64,000 nt of DNA from Macrostomum hystrix (lineage: Eukaryota > Animalia > Platyhelminthes). The position numbers and the translations under genes are program-made. Under the pieces are notes generated by a model that was not told the DNA's origin, did not search any database, and was given only the letters and a program-made list of their open reading frames with translations. The DNA is taken from the NCBI GenBank assembly GCA_950097015.1, contig CATNEN010000034.1:4154001-4218000 (forward strand), written 5' to 3'. Shown here piece after piece: positions 1-13,204 of the stretch (position 1 is its first letter; each line of letters starts with the position of its first letter).

Positions 1-83
1 TGTCATAGACACTACCTGTTAGACACTGTCTGTTAGACACTGTCTGTTAGACACTGTCTGTTAGACACTGTCTGTTAGACACT
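1..83. repeat. 14-bp tandem repeat (ctgttagacactgt)n, intronic, runs off window start
   Basis: Unit read directly; ends about 20 nt before the acceptor at 104-105. Confidence 0.9.
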
Positions 84-105
84 CTGCCCCCGCTCTCGGT
101 TACAG

Positions 106-1921
106 GTGAAAGGTGTTCAGCTAGACGACAAAGACGCAGACTTCTATGGCCGATTCAACACTGGCGCAGTCAGCATCCCGTTCCAGCAGGAGATCATTGA
201 GACCGAGTGCTTCGACGACCTGGATGTGTACTACAACTCGGAGGGCGGCCTGGTGGATTCGCTGAATCCCAGCCAGCCGCCTCCATCACCGAAGCGGGGC
301 CTGCTAAGCGGCCTTTTTGGAAAAAAGAAGGTAAGTATGAGAGATGAAGATAGGCTGAGGTGTCTGGCATCTAACCACTGATACCGTTGATAATTGTCTG
401 ATGTTTCTCGGAAATCATGCAGAATTTTTTTTGTTTATAAGTATTTCCCGCGCCCGACTTTAGGATAGGTTGCCAGGTTTGAGAAGCAGATGTGTCGGTA
501 GATGTAGTAGAATTGTCGGTAGATGTAGTAGAATTGTCGGTAGATGTAGTAGAATTGTCGGTAGATGTAGTAGAATTGTCGGTAGATGTAGTAGAATTGT
601 TGATAGATGTAGTAGAATGGTCGCTAGATGTAATAGAAGTGTCGCTAGATGTAATATAAGTGTCGCTAGATGTAATAGATGTGTCGCTAGATGTAATACA
701 AATGTAGCTAGATGTAATACAAGTGTCGCTAGATGTAATAGATGTGTCGCTAGATGTAATAGGATTGTCGCTAGACGTAGAAGTGTCGCTAGACGTAGAA
801 GTGTCGCTAGATGATGTAGAAGTGTCGTTAGATGTTGAATTGTCGCTAGATGTAACAGAAGTGTCGCTAAATGTAACAGAAGTGTCGCTAGATGTAATAG
901 AAGTGTCGCTAGATGTAACAGAAGTGTCGCTAGATGTAACAGAAGTGTCGCTAGATGTAACAGAAGTATCGCTAGATGTAATAGAAGTGTCGTTAGATGT
1001 TGAATTGTCGCTAGATGTAACAGAAGTGTCGCTAGATGTAACAGAAGTGTCGCTAGATGTAATAGAAGTGTCGTTAGATTTTGAATTGTCGCTAGATGTA
1101 ACAGAAGTGTCGCTAGATGTAATAGAAGTGTCGTTAGATGTTGAATTGTCGCTAGATGTAACAGAAGTGTCGCTAGATGTAACAGAAGTGTCGCTAGATG
1201 TAATAGAAGTGTCGTTAGATGTTGAATTGTCGCTAGATGTAACAGAAGTGTCGCTAGATGTAACAGAAGTGTCGCTAGATGTAACAGAAGTATCGCTAGA
1301 TGTAATAGAAGTGTCGCTAGATGTAACAGAAGTGTCGCTAGATGTAATAGAAGTGTCGCTAGATGTAACAGAAGTGTCGCTAGATGTAATAGAAGTGTCG
1401 CTAGATGTAACAGAAGTGTCGCTAGATGTAACAGAAGTGTCGCTAGATGTAACAGAAGTGTCGCTAGATGTAACAGAAGTGTCGCTAGATGTAATAGAAG
1501 TGTCGCTAGATGTAATAGAAGTGTCGCTAGATGTAACAGAAGTGTCGCTAGATGTAATAGAAGTGTCGCTAGATGTAACAGAAGTGTCGCTAGATGTAAC
1601 AGAAGTGTCGCTAGATGTAACAGAAGTGTCGCTAGATGTAACAGAAGTGTCGCTAGATGTAATAGAAGTGTCGCTAGATGTAGTATAACTTTCGGTAGAC
1701 TCGGACAGCTAAATTCGTGAAAGTTTTAGTCGCAATCTTCAAAGTGTCATTGGTATTTACATTTCAAATCCAAATTTTTCGCATTTTTGCTCTACTGTGT
1801 CGCAACTCTAATAAAAACATATCCCTACCCCATTTATCCCCATTTTGCCACCCTCTAAATCCGTCCCACCCAATTCACCGTGAGCCAGTCCTCTTGCTGT
1901 CCGAGCTCGTCGGAGGAATGA
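106..1921 (+). CDS. Gprk2: G protein-coupled receptor kinase, GRK4/5/6 subfamily, 3' end only: exon 106-330 plus probable terminal exon 1889-1921 (SSCCPSSSEE*)
   Basis: cag|GTG acceptor at 105/106 and AAG|gtaagt donor at 330/331 (phase 0). VKGVQLDDKDADFYGRFNTGAVSIPFQQEIIETECF...PPPSPKRGLLSGLFGKKK matches the GRK5/6 AGC C-tail (VKGV.LD..D.DFY..F.TG.V.IPWQ.E.IETECF...PPKKGL...LF). The terminal exon is less certain. Confidence 0.85.
492..1690. repeat. 21-bp minisatellite (gtgtcgctagatgtaacagaa)n with 18-bp variants, in GRK intron
   Basis: Unit read directly; explains ORFs 470-814 and 723-1688. Confidence 0.95.
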
Positions 1922-2378
1922 AGCGCTGATCAATTGCGGAGCAGTTGTGTCTGAATGGGCTATTATAGCACGTCGCAATTATCACAACACTCAAGCTACT
2001 CAGAACTATAGTAAAAATATCTCTTTCTACATCTCCTGTTTCTTCAAATACTCAGTTTTCTGATTTATCTGAAAAAAACTAAGCTGCAAACTAGAGTGTA
2101 CAGTCTGACTGTCTGCCTGCCTGTGTACGTGCTGCCTAAAATGAGATTATAAGTCAATAGCAACAGCTTCAACATGACAATGTGAGTGGGCATTAATCAT
2201 CATCTTCAGTACTTTAGCGCGCTCTAAGCTGTAGCAATCTTATTAATATTATTTAATTTCTTTCAGGATTCTGTGCAATGTGGTCCTATTTTTAGTCAAT
2301 GTTGTATGCGCCCCTGGCTCTATTATTTTTTAATGTCGAAAAAGTACCATTTTTATTACTTTTCTGGTCTCTTTTCAG

Positions 2379-4113
2379 GACTACTGTCAGTAATCTGTCT
2401 GGAGTATTGTCAGTAATCTGTCAGGAATATTGTCAGTAATCTGTCTGGAGTATTGTCAGTAATCTGTCTGGAGTATTGTCAGTAATCTGTCAGGAATATT
2501 GTCAGTAATCTGTCTGGAGTATTGTCAGTAATCTGTCAGGAATATTGTCAGTAATCTGTCAGGAATATTGTCAGTAATCTGTCTGGAGTATTGTCAGTAA
2601 TCTGTCAGGAATATTGTCAGTATTCTGTCAGGAATATTGTCAGTAATCTGTCAGGAATATTGTCAGTATTCTGTCAGGAATATTGTCAGTAATCTGTCTG
2701 GAGTATTGTCAGTAATCTGTCAGGAATATTGTCAGTATTCTGTCTGGAGTATTGTCAGTAATCTGTCCAAAATATTGTCAGTATTCTGTCAGGAATATTG
2801 TCAGTAATCTGTCTGGAGTATTGTCAGTAATCTGTCAGGAATATTGTCAGTATTCTGTCAGGAATATTGTCAGTAATCTGTCTGGAGTATTGTCAGTAAT
2901 CTGTCAGGAATATTGTCAGTATTCTGTCAGGAATATTGTCAGTAATCTGTCAGGAATACTGTCAGTATTCTGTCAGGACTATTGTCAGTAATCTGTCGGG
3001 AATATTTTCAGTAATCTGTCAGGAATATTGTCAGTAATCTGTCAGGAATATTGTCAGTAATCTGTCGGGACTATTGTCAGTAATCTGTCGGGACTATTGT
3101 CAGTAATCTGTCGGGACTATTGTCAGTAATCTGTCAGGAATATTATCAGTCATCTGTCTGGAGTTTTGTCAGTAATCTGTCAGGACTATTGTCAGTAATC
3201 TGTCAGGAATATTGTCAGTATTCTGTCAGGAATATTGTCAGTATTCTGTCAGGAATATTTTCAGTAATCTGTCAGGAATATTGTCAGTATTCTGTCAGAA
3301 TTATTGTCAGTATTCTGTCAGGACTATTGTCAGTAATCTGTCAGGAATATTGTCAGTAATCTGTCAGGAATATTGTCAGTAATCTGTCGGGACTATTGTC
3401 AGTAATCTGTCTGGAGTATTGTCAGTAATCTGTCGGGACTATTGTCAGTAATCTGTCGGGACTATTGTCAGTAATCTGTCGGGACTAGTCAGTAATCTGT
3501 CAGGAATATTATCAGTAATCTGTCTGGAGTATTGTCAGTATTCTGTCAGGAATATTGTCAGTAATCTGTCAGGAATACTGTCAGTAATCTGTCAGGAGTA
3601 TTGTCAGTAATCTGTCGGGACTATTGTCAGTAATCTGTCGGGACTATTGTCAGTAATCTGTCGGGACTAGTCAGTAATCTGTCAGGAATATTATCAGTAA
3701 TCTGTCTGGAGTATTGTCAGTATTCTGTCAGGAATATTGTCAGTAATCTGTCAGGAATACTGTCAGTAATCTGTCAGGAATATTGTCAGTAATCTGTCGG
3801 GACTATTGTCAGTAATCTGTCGGGACTATTGTCAGTAATCTGTCGGGACTATTGTCAGTAATCTGTCAGGAATATTATCAGTCATCTGTCTGGAGTATTG
3901 TCAGTAATCTGTCAGGACTATTGTCAGTAATCTGTCGGGACTATTGTCAGTAATCTGTCAGGAATATTATCAGTAATCCGTCAGGAGTATTGTCAGTAAT
4001 CTGTCGGGACTATTGTCAGTAATCTGTCAGGACTATTGTCAGTAATCTGTCAAGACTATTGTCAGTAATCTGTCGGGACTATTGTCAGTAATCTGTTAGG
4101 AATATTGTCAGTA
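2379..4113. repeat. 23-bp minisatellite (ggaatattgtcagtaatctgtca)n
   Basis: Unit read directly; the 23-aa periodicity of the short ORFs equals 3 units. Confidence 0.95.
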
Positions 4114-4469
4114 ATTATATATAACGTTTTAGGATGGCTTTAAGCTTTTCAGTTTTTTGTTTATTTTTATTTTAGCTTCACAAAAATATCTATTTTGCAA
4201 CTTTGGTAGTAGTCAGACTGGCGCATGTGAATGGATGTAGTGCAAGCATCATTATAAACGTCTTCTATTGTTTCCGATTTCGACATTAATATTCGGCTTT
4301 TAATAGTCTATTTTTATCACCTATCGTGTCGTAAGAAATCGATAATGGTTTTATTTGTGCCTGCCCGCTGAGAACTAAAAAATATGAAAATTACGCAAAT
4401 TTTCGTTAAAAAGTCCTAGAAAGAGGGTTTAAGAGCTCTGAAAAATAACTAATCTAGTCTTTTTAGACG

Positions 4470-5337
4470 AGCAACCCGCTCTGTACTGAATGTGGTTAGT
4501 CTAGCAATCCGCTCTGTACTGAATGTGGTTAGTCTAGCAATCCGCTCTGTACTGAATGTGGTTAGTCTAGCAATCCATTCTGTACTGAATGTGGTTAGAC
4601 TAGCAATCCATTCTGTACTGAGTGTGGTTAGTCTAGCAATCCGCTCTGTACTGAATGTGGTTAGTCTAGCAATCCATTCTGTACTGAATGTGGTTAGACT
4701 AGCAATCCGCTCTGTACTGAATGTGGTTAGTCTAGCAATCCATTCTGTACTGAATGTGGTTAGACTAGCAATCCGCTCTGTACTGAATGTGGTTAGACTA
4801 GCAATCCATTCTGTACTGAATGTGGTTAGTCTAGCAATCCGCTCTGTACTGAATGAGGTTAGTCTAGCAATCCATTCTGTACTGAATGTGGTTAGTCTAG
4901 CAATCCATTCTGTACTGAATTTGGTTAGACTAGCAATCCGCTCTGTACTGAATGTGGTTAGACTAGCAATCCGCTCTGTACTGAATGTGGTTAGACTAGC
5001 AATCCATTCTGTACTGAATGTGGTTAGACTAGCAATCCGCTCTGTACTGAATGTGGTTAGACTAGCAATCCGCTCTGTACTGAATGTGGTTAGACTAGCA
5101 ATCCATTCTGTACTGAATGTGGTTAGACTAGCAATCCGCTCTGTACTGAATGTGGTTAGACTAGCAATCCATTCTGTACTGAATGTGGTTAGTCTAGTAA
5201 TCCATTCTGTACTGAATGTGGTTAGTCTAGCAATCCATTCTGTACTGAATGTGGTTAGTCTAGCAATCCATTCTGTACTGAATGTGGTTAGTCTAGCAAT
5301 CCATTTTGTACTGAATGTGGTTAGTCTAGCAATCCAT
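4470..5337. repeat. 33-bp minisatellite (ctgtactgaatgtggttagtctagcaatccgct)n
   Basis: Unit read directly; 11-aa periodicity of ORF 4492-5343. Confidence 0.95.
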
Positions 5338-6079
5338 CGCTAGGCCGCGCGGTAGAATTGCCAGTTTGGTTTATTAAATCATGACGTCATTTCTGCATTT
5401 GACCCTGAGCACACCTAGTAACCAACTCGCAACAAAACTACTTCCAGAGGCCAGCAGCAACTGTGGCCAACAACAGCGCCAAAGCGTCAGCCTCTTAGCA
5501 AATTCAAGTTCAGGCACAGCTATTTATGTCTGCTATTTGTCACTTACTGTACAAGACAAATGCACCGCTTTTTTAATGCTTTTTGTTAATGCCCTAATTT
5601 GAGTCTTTTAAAATACCGAATTTTAGTTACTTTTTTTTAGAAAACCCAAGTTAACGTCTTAGCTGTGAGGAATAATCTGGTGTCTTTCTAAAGCACACTA
5701 TTTGTTTTTCTTAGGCTTAAGAGCTTATAAACATACTACTCAAATATATAATATACTACTCAGATTGCGTCCCCGTATAAGTAGTAAACTACGATCTTTA
5801 ATCGGCAATTCTGCATGTCCTATTATACAGAACAGTTTTATTAATGCACCAGAAACACCAATGTACATAGTCGCATGAAATCTCGGTGTGACGGCCTGTT
5901 CTTATTAAAAAGAAAGATTTTAATATTATTGTTTGCACAAACTACGTATAATCTATTTGCAATCATATATCTACTTGGCTTCATTATGTATGTTAATAAT
6001 GGCTTGACCATCTACTATTGATTGTCAGTTATATATTTATTGCACGCATCGTGTATTGGACTAATTGTATTTGCATGCG

Positions 6080-6171
6080 CTGTACTGAATGTGGTTAGTC
6101 TAGCAATCCATTCTGTACTAAATGTGGTCAGTCTAGCAATCCAGTCTGTACTGAGTGTGGTTAGACTAGCA
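6080..6171. repeat. About 3 further degenerate copies of the 33-bp unit of 4470-5337
   Basis: tgtactgaatgtggttagtctagcaatcc resumes after about 740 bp of unique sequence. Confidence 0.9.
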
Positions 6172-6229
6172 AGACTAGTTTTTGTGTTTTGAAATTTTAC
6201 CCTCGATTTTTTTAACTGGCTCCCCTCTG

Positions 6230-8010
6230 CTCTGGCCCATCCCCAGGACTCTCCTTCCCACTCCTATTCTCCCCTCTCCCTCACTAGCCTCTACCATTAT
6301 CCCCTCTCCCATTCTCACCTCCCCTATTCTCTCCTCTACCATTCTTCCCTACCCAATTCTCCCCTCTCCTATTCTCCTCTATTCTCTCCTCTTCCATTCT
6401 TCCCTCTTCCATTCTCCCTTCCCCCATTCTCCCTCTCCTATTCTCCCCTCTCCTTTTCTCCCCTTTCTCCCTCTCCCATTATCCCCTCTCCCATTTTCCC
6501 CTCTCCGATTCTCCCCTTTCCGATTCTCCCCTCTCCGATTCTCCCCTTTCCGATTCTCCCCTCTCATATTCTCCCCTCTCCCATTCTCCCCTCCGATTCT
6601 CTCCTCTCCCATTCTCCCCTCTCCGATTCTACCCTCCCCCATTCTCCCCTCTCCCATTCTCCCTCTCCTATTCTCCCCTCTCCAATTCTCCCTCTTTCTC
6701 CCTCTCCCATTATCCCCTCTCCCATTCTCCCCTCTCCTATTCTCCCCTCTCCAATTCTCCCCTCTCCGATTCTCCCCTCTCCGATTCTCCCCTCTCCGAT
6801 TTTCCCCTCTCCGATTCTCCCCTCTCCTATTCTCCCCTCTCCGATTATCCCCTTTCCGATTCTACCCTCTCATATTCTCCCCTCTCCCATTCTCCTCCTC
6901 TCCCATTCTCCCCTCCGATTCTCTCCTCTCCCATTCTCCCCTCTCCGATTCTACCCTCCCCCATTCTCCCTCTCCCATTCTCCCTCTCCTATTCTCCCCT
7001 CTCCAATTCTCCCTCTTTCTCCCTCTCCCATTATCCCCTCTCCCATTCTCCCCTCTCCTATTCTCCCCTCTCCAATTCTCCCCTCTCCGATTCTCCCCTC
7101 TCCGATTCTCCCCTCTCCGATTTTCCCCTCTCCGATTCTCCCCTCTCCTATTCTCCCCTCTCCGATTATCCCCTTTCCGATTCTCCCCTCTCATATTCTC
7201 CCCTCTCCCATTCTCCTCCTCTCCCATTCTCCCCTCCGATTCTCTCCTCTCCCATTCTCCCCTCTCCGATTCTACCCTCCCCCATTCTCCCCTCTCCCAT
7301 TCTCCCTCTCCTATTCTCCCCTCTCATATTCTCCCCTTTCTCCCTCTCCCATTTTCCCCTCTCCCATTCTCCCCTCTCCGATTCTCCCCTCTCCGATTCT
7401 CCCCTCTCCGATTCTCCCCTTTCCGATTCTCCCCTTTCCGATTCTCCCCTCTCATATTCTCCCCTCTCCCATTCTCCCCCTCTCCCATTCTCCCCTCCGA
7501 TTCTCTCCTCTCCCATTCTCCCCTCTCCGATTCTACCCTCCCCTATTCTCCCTCTCCCATTCTCCCTCTCCTATTCTCCCCTCTCCAATTCTCCCTCTTT
7601 CTCCCTCTCCCATTATCCCCTCTCCCATTCTCCCCTCTCCGATTCTCCCCTCTCCGATTCTCCCCTCTCCGATTTTCCCCTCTCCGATTCTCCCTCTCCG
7701 ATTCTCCCCTCTCCGATTCTCCCCTTTCCGATTCTCCCCTCTCATATTCTCCCCTCTCCCATTCTCCCCCTCTCCCATTCTCCCCTCCGATTCTCTCCTC
7801 TCCCATTCTTCCCTCTCCTATTCTCTTCTCTCCCATTCTCCCCTCCTATTCTCCCCTCTCCTATTCTCCCCTTTCTCCCTCTCCTATTCTCCCCTCTCCC
7901 ATACTCCCCTCTCCGATTCTCCCCTCTCCCATTCTCCCCTCTCCCATTCTCCCCTCTCCCATTCTCCCCTCTCCCATTCTCCCCTTTCTCCCTCTCCCAT
8001 TATCCCCTCT
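6230..8010. repeat. CT-rich ~15-bp repeat (attctcccctctccg)n with a ~330-bp higher-order duplication
   Basis: Low-complexity array; a ~110-aa block recurs in the artefactual ORF 6182-8038. Confidence 0.9.
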
Positions 8011-8680
8011 TCAGATAAGATGTCAGGTTTCGCCTTAGTTGCCTATTTACTAGGTAATTACAGATGTTATTCTTTTGATAAATAACTGTAATCATTCAAT
8101 AGAACCAATGAGCCCCTCTAAGTGCTAAGTGTTGTATTTTCTTACGTGTTTCTCTATATGACAAAGGAACTTTCATAATTAAGAGATAGAAAAGGCAGAT
8201 TTGTTGTTTTATCATTGTATACATATTATACACATGTGTATCTTAATTTTGACAGCATGCCAGTGTTATTGAATACAATCTTGTCTTTAATACTATTCTT
8301 TTTTAAGTCGTATTAACTGATTTAAGATACGCCTGTATTTGTATTTCTTGAGTTTCTGCTGTATCGAGAATGCATGCCCCCAGTTTCTACGCTCCTCTGT
8401 TCTTCAGTGTTTGCTGTTAAATTTCTGGTTCATTGCGGCAATTAATTGTGTTCAGATTATTATTATATGAATTTATAATTCTATATGCATATTATACTAC
8501 TCTCAGCGCACCGCCACAACTGGAATTTTATCTATAACAATTATATAAGAGAAATATATAGAATAATGCAGCCAGTGTTTTCAGATGTATTATGGATTAC
8601 GAATTGCTAGTATTAGTAAAAAACAGGAAACAAAACACACAACAGCATTTTCGCTTTTTATTTAATTATTACATGACCTA

Positions 8681-9146
8681 GACACCTCACAGACTGGACA
8701 CCTCACAGACTGGACACCTCACAAACTGGACACCTCACAGACTGGACACCTCACAAACTGGACACCTCACAAACTGGACACCTCACAAACTGGACACCTC
8801 ACAGACTGGACACCTCACAGACTGGACACCTCACAGACTGGACACCTCACAGACTGGACACCTCACAGACTGGACACCTCACAAACTGGACACCTCACAA
8901 ACTGGACACCTCACAGACTGGACACCTCACAGACTGAACACCTCACAAACTGAACACCTCACAAACTGGACACCTCACAAACTGGACACCTCACAGACTG
9001 AACACCTCACAAACTGAACACCTCACAAACTGGACACCTCACAAACTGGACACCTCACAAACTGGACACCTCACAGACTGGACACCTCACAGACTGAACA
9101 CCTCACAAACTGAACACCTCACAAACTGGACACCTCACAGACTGGA
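8681..9146. repeat. 16-bp minisatellite (gacacctcacagactg)n
   Basis: Unit read directly. Confidence 0.95.
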
Positions 9147-9595
9147 CTCTTCAGTGGACACCTCATAAATGGACACAAAATTCAGCCAAAGCAGAATGAA
9201 CTCAAACCGGAAGGTTGAAAGATCTTTCCTATGGAAAGATTTCTAAGGCCTATCGCGCCTTCCGATTTCATCATCAAACGAACTTCTGAAACTCGCTTTG
9301 AGTCTATTTGAGTCGCTGAGCACGCAAGCCCATCTGTTCGGTTAGCGCGTGAGGGAACTTAAAAATTCAACTTTTTTCATTCTATCGCTAGCTAATAAGG
9401 CAGGGCTAACCACATCTGGAGTGCTGCATCTGAAAATTGCCGATTTACCCCACCTATAGGAATTTCATCCCAAGCAGCGTGTGAATTTAGCACCTGTTCC
9501 CGCAGCCTGGCCAGGGGGTGGTGGAGTTTAGTTTAGCGACCACTTTGACCTAAATTTGGCAGCACTATATATAGAGAATACAGTAGGTTTTGCAG

Positions 9596-12500
9596 TAATA
9601 GATCCTTCTATTGGACTGGGGTAGATCCTTCTCACATCTCACACTGGATTGTGATAGATCCTTCTCACATCTCACACTGGACTGTGATAAATCCTCTCAC
9701 ATCTCACACTGAACTGTGATAGATCCTTCTCACATCTCACACTAGACTGTGATAGATCCTTCTCACATCTCACACTGGACTGTGATAGATCCTTCTCACA
9801 TCTCACACTGGACTGGGATAAATCCTTCTCACATCTCACACTGAACTGTGATAGATCCTTCTCACATCTCACACTAGACTGTGATAGATCCTTCTCACAT
9901 CTCACACTGGACTGTGACAGATCCTTCTCACATCTCACACTGGACTGTGATAAATCCTCTCACATCTCGCACTGGACTGTGATAGATCCTTCTCACATCT
10001 CACACTGGACTGTGATAGATCCTTCTCACATCTCACACTGAACTGTGATAGATCCTTCTCACATCTCACACTGGACTGTGATAGATCCTTCTCACATCTC
10101 ACACTGAACTGTGATAGATCCTTCTCACATCTCACACTGGACTGTGATAGATCCTTCTCACATCTCACACTGGACTGTGATAGATCCTTCTCACATCTCA
10201 CACTGGACTGTGATAGATCCTTCTCACATCTCGCACTGAACTGTGATAGATCCTTCTCACATCTCACACTGGACTGTGATAGATCCTTCTCACATCTCAC
10301 ACTGAACTGTGATAGATCCTTCTCACATCTCACACTGGACTGTGATAGATCCTTCTCACATCTCGCACTGGACTGTGATAGATCCTTCTCACATCTCACA
10401 CTGAACTGTGATAGATCCTTCTCACATCTCACACTGGACTGTGATAGATCCTTCTCACATCTCACACTGGACTGTGATAGATCCTTCTCACATCTCACAC
10501 TGGACTGTGATAGATCCTTCTCACATCTCACACTGGACTGGGATAAATCCTTCTCACATCTCACTCTGAACTGGGATAAATCCTTCTCACATCTCACACT
10601 GGACTGTGATAGATCCTTCTCACATCTCACACTGGACTGGGATAAATCCTTCTCACATCTCACACTGGACTGTGATAGATCCTTCTCACATCTCACACTG
10701 GACTGTGATAGATCCTTCTCACATCTCACACTGGACTGTGATAGATCCTTCTCACATCTCACACTGGACTGTGATAGATCATTCTCACATCTCACACTGG
10801 ACTGTGATAGATCCTTCTCACATCTCACACTGAACTGTGATAGATCCTTCTCACATCTCACACTGGACTGTGATAGATCCTTCTCACATCTCACACTGGA
10901 CTGTGATAGATCCTTCTCACATCTCACACTGGACTGTGATAGATCCTTCTCACATCTCACACTGGACTGTGATAGATCCTTCTCACATCTCACACTGGAC
11001 TGTGATAGATCCTTCTCACATCTCACACTGAACTGTGATAGATCCTTCTCACATCTCACACTGGACTGTGATAGATCCTTCTCACATCTCACACTGGACT
11101 GTGATAGATCCTTCTCACATCTCACACTGGACTGTGATAGATCCTTCTCACATCTCACACTGGACTGTGATAGATCCTTCTCACATCTCACACTGAACTG
11201 TGATAGATCCTTTTCACATCTCACACTGGACTGTGATAGATCCTTCTCACATCTCACACTGGACTGTGATAGATCCTTCTCACATCTCACACTGGACTGT
11301 GATAGATCCTTCTCACATCTCACACTGGACTGTGATAGATCCTTCTCACATCTCACACTGAACTGTGATAGATCCTTCTCACATCTCACACTGAACTGTG
11401 ATAGATCCTTCTCACATCTCACACTGGACTGTGATAGATCCTTCTCACATCTCACACTGGACTGTGATAGATCCTTCTCACATCTCACACTGGACTGTGA
11501 TAGATCCTTCTCACATCTCACACTGGACTGTGATAGATCCTTCTCACATCTCACACTGGACTGTGATAGATCCTTCTCACATCTCACACTGGACTGTGAT
11601 AGATCCTTCTCACATCTCACACTGGACTGTGATAGATCCTTCTCACATCTCACACTGGACTGTGATAGATCCTTCTCACATCTCACACTGGACTGTGATA
11701 GATCCTTCTCACATCTCACACTGGACTGTGATAGATCCTTCTCACATCTCACACTGGACTGTGATAGATCCTTCTCACATCTCACACTGGACTGTGATAG
11801 ATCCTTCTCACATCTCACACTGGACTGTGATAGATCCTTCTCACATCTCACACTGAACTGTGATAGATCCTTCTCACATCTCGCACTGGACTGTGATAGA
11901 TCCTTCTCACATCTCACACTGGACTGTGATAGATCCTTCTCACATCTCACACTGGACTGTGATAGATCCTTCTCACATCTCACACTGGACTGTGATAGAT
12001 CCTTCTCACTCTCACACTGGACTGTGATAGATCCTTCTCACATCTCACACTGGACTGTGATAGATCCTTCTCACATCTCACACTGGACTGTGATAGATCC
12101 TTCTCACATCTCACACTGGACTGTGATAAATCCTTCTCACATCTCACACTGGACTGTGATAGATCCTTCTCACATCTCACACTGAACTGTGATAGATCCT
12201 TCTCACATCTCACACTGGACTGTGATAGATCCTTCTCACATCTCACACTGGACTGTGATAAATCCTCTCACATCTCACACTGAACTGTGATAGATCCTTC
12301 TCACATCTCACACTGGACTGTGATAGATCCTTCTCACATCTCACACTGGACTGTGATAGATCCTTCTCACATCTCACACTGGACTGTGATAGATCCTTCT
12401 CACATCTCACACTGAACTGTGATAGATCCTTCTCACATCTCACACTGGACTGTGATAGATCCTTCTCACATCTCACACTGGACTGTGATAGATCCTTCCC

Positions 12501-12735
12501 ACATCTCACACTGGACTGTGATAGATCCTTCTCACATCTCACACTGGACTGTGATAGATCCTTCTCACATCTCACACTGGACTGTGATAGATCCTTCTCA
12601 CATCTCACACTGGACTGTGATAGATCCTTCTCACATCTCACACTGGACTGGGATAAATCCTTCTCACATCTCACACTGAACTGGGATAAATTCCTTCTCA
12701 CATCTCCCTCTGAACTGGATAGATCTCACACTAGA
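9596..12735. repeat. 33-bp minisatellite (tgtgatagatccttctcacatctcacactggac)n, about 95 units
   Basis: Unit read directly; source of the 682-aa RCEKDLSQSSV artefact ORF. Confidence 0.97.
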
Positions 12736-12777
12736 ATTACGACTTAAAATTCCTTCCTTGCTTCACTGAAACAATTT

Positions 12778-12942
12778 GTGTCCTTTATCTATAGACACTT
12801 AACTCTGGACTGCTTCAGGTCACCCAGCTGTTAAATGGATACCAGTCCATGGACTGAACAGTCGTACGCAGCCTTCAGATGCGCCGCGCAATAGCTGATG
12901 ATGTCATCTGCACATCTTGCCCAATTGGGGCAGGTGTAATCA
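12778..12942 (+). mobile_element. SINE family A, 5'-truncated and internally deleted copy
   Basis: cccagctgttaaatggatacc...agtccatggactg...gcagccttcagatgcgccgcgcaatagc...gtgtaatca is the reverse complement of the copy at 44053-44387. Confidence 0.8.
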
Positions 12943-13204
12943 GGTGTTTATAAGCCTTTATTATCATTTGTGTACAATCTAATAGCCTAGTACGATTATA
13001 TTACTGATTTGTTGCTAATACTACTGAATAAAGAGTTGTAATAAATAAATTTATACAAGCGAGCACTTATGCACGTGCAAGTCACTTAAAGTCTCTGCTT
13101 TTATCTCTAGCATTTGATGAATTACGATGCCGTTTCCTGTCAATACAGATTTGATTGATAAAACCAAATCGATTGAAACGATGGACTATGGCTCGTAGAA
13201 GTAG

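Noticed and set aside
9596-12735. 682-aa ORF and other long repetitive ORFs (723-1688, 4492-5343, 6182-8038, 13971-14810, 15093-16780, 24106-25191, 31143-31751, 42361-43170, 53317-53865)
   Set aside because: Stop-free frames of tandem repeats, many of them inside introns of the reconstructed genes; no splice context or domain content.
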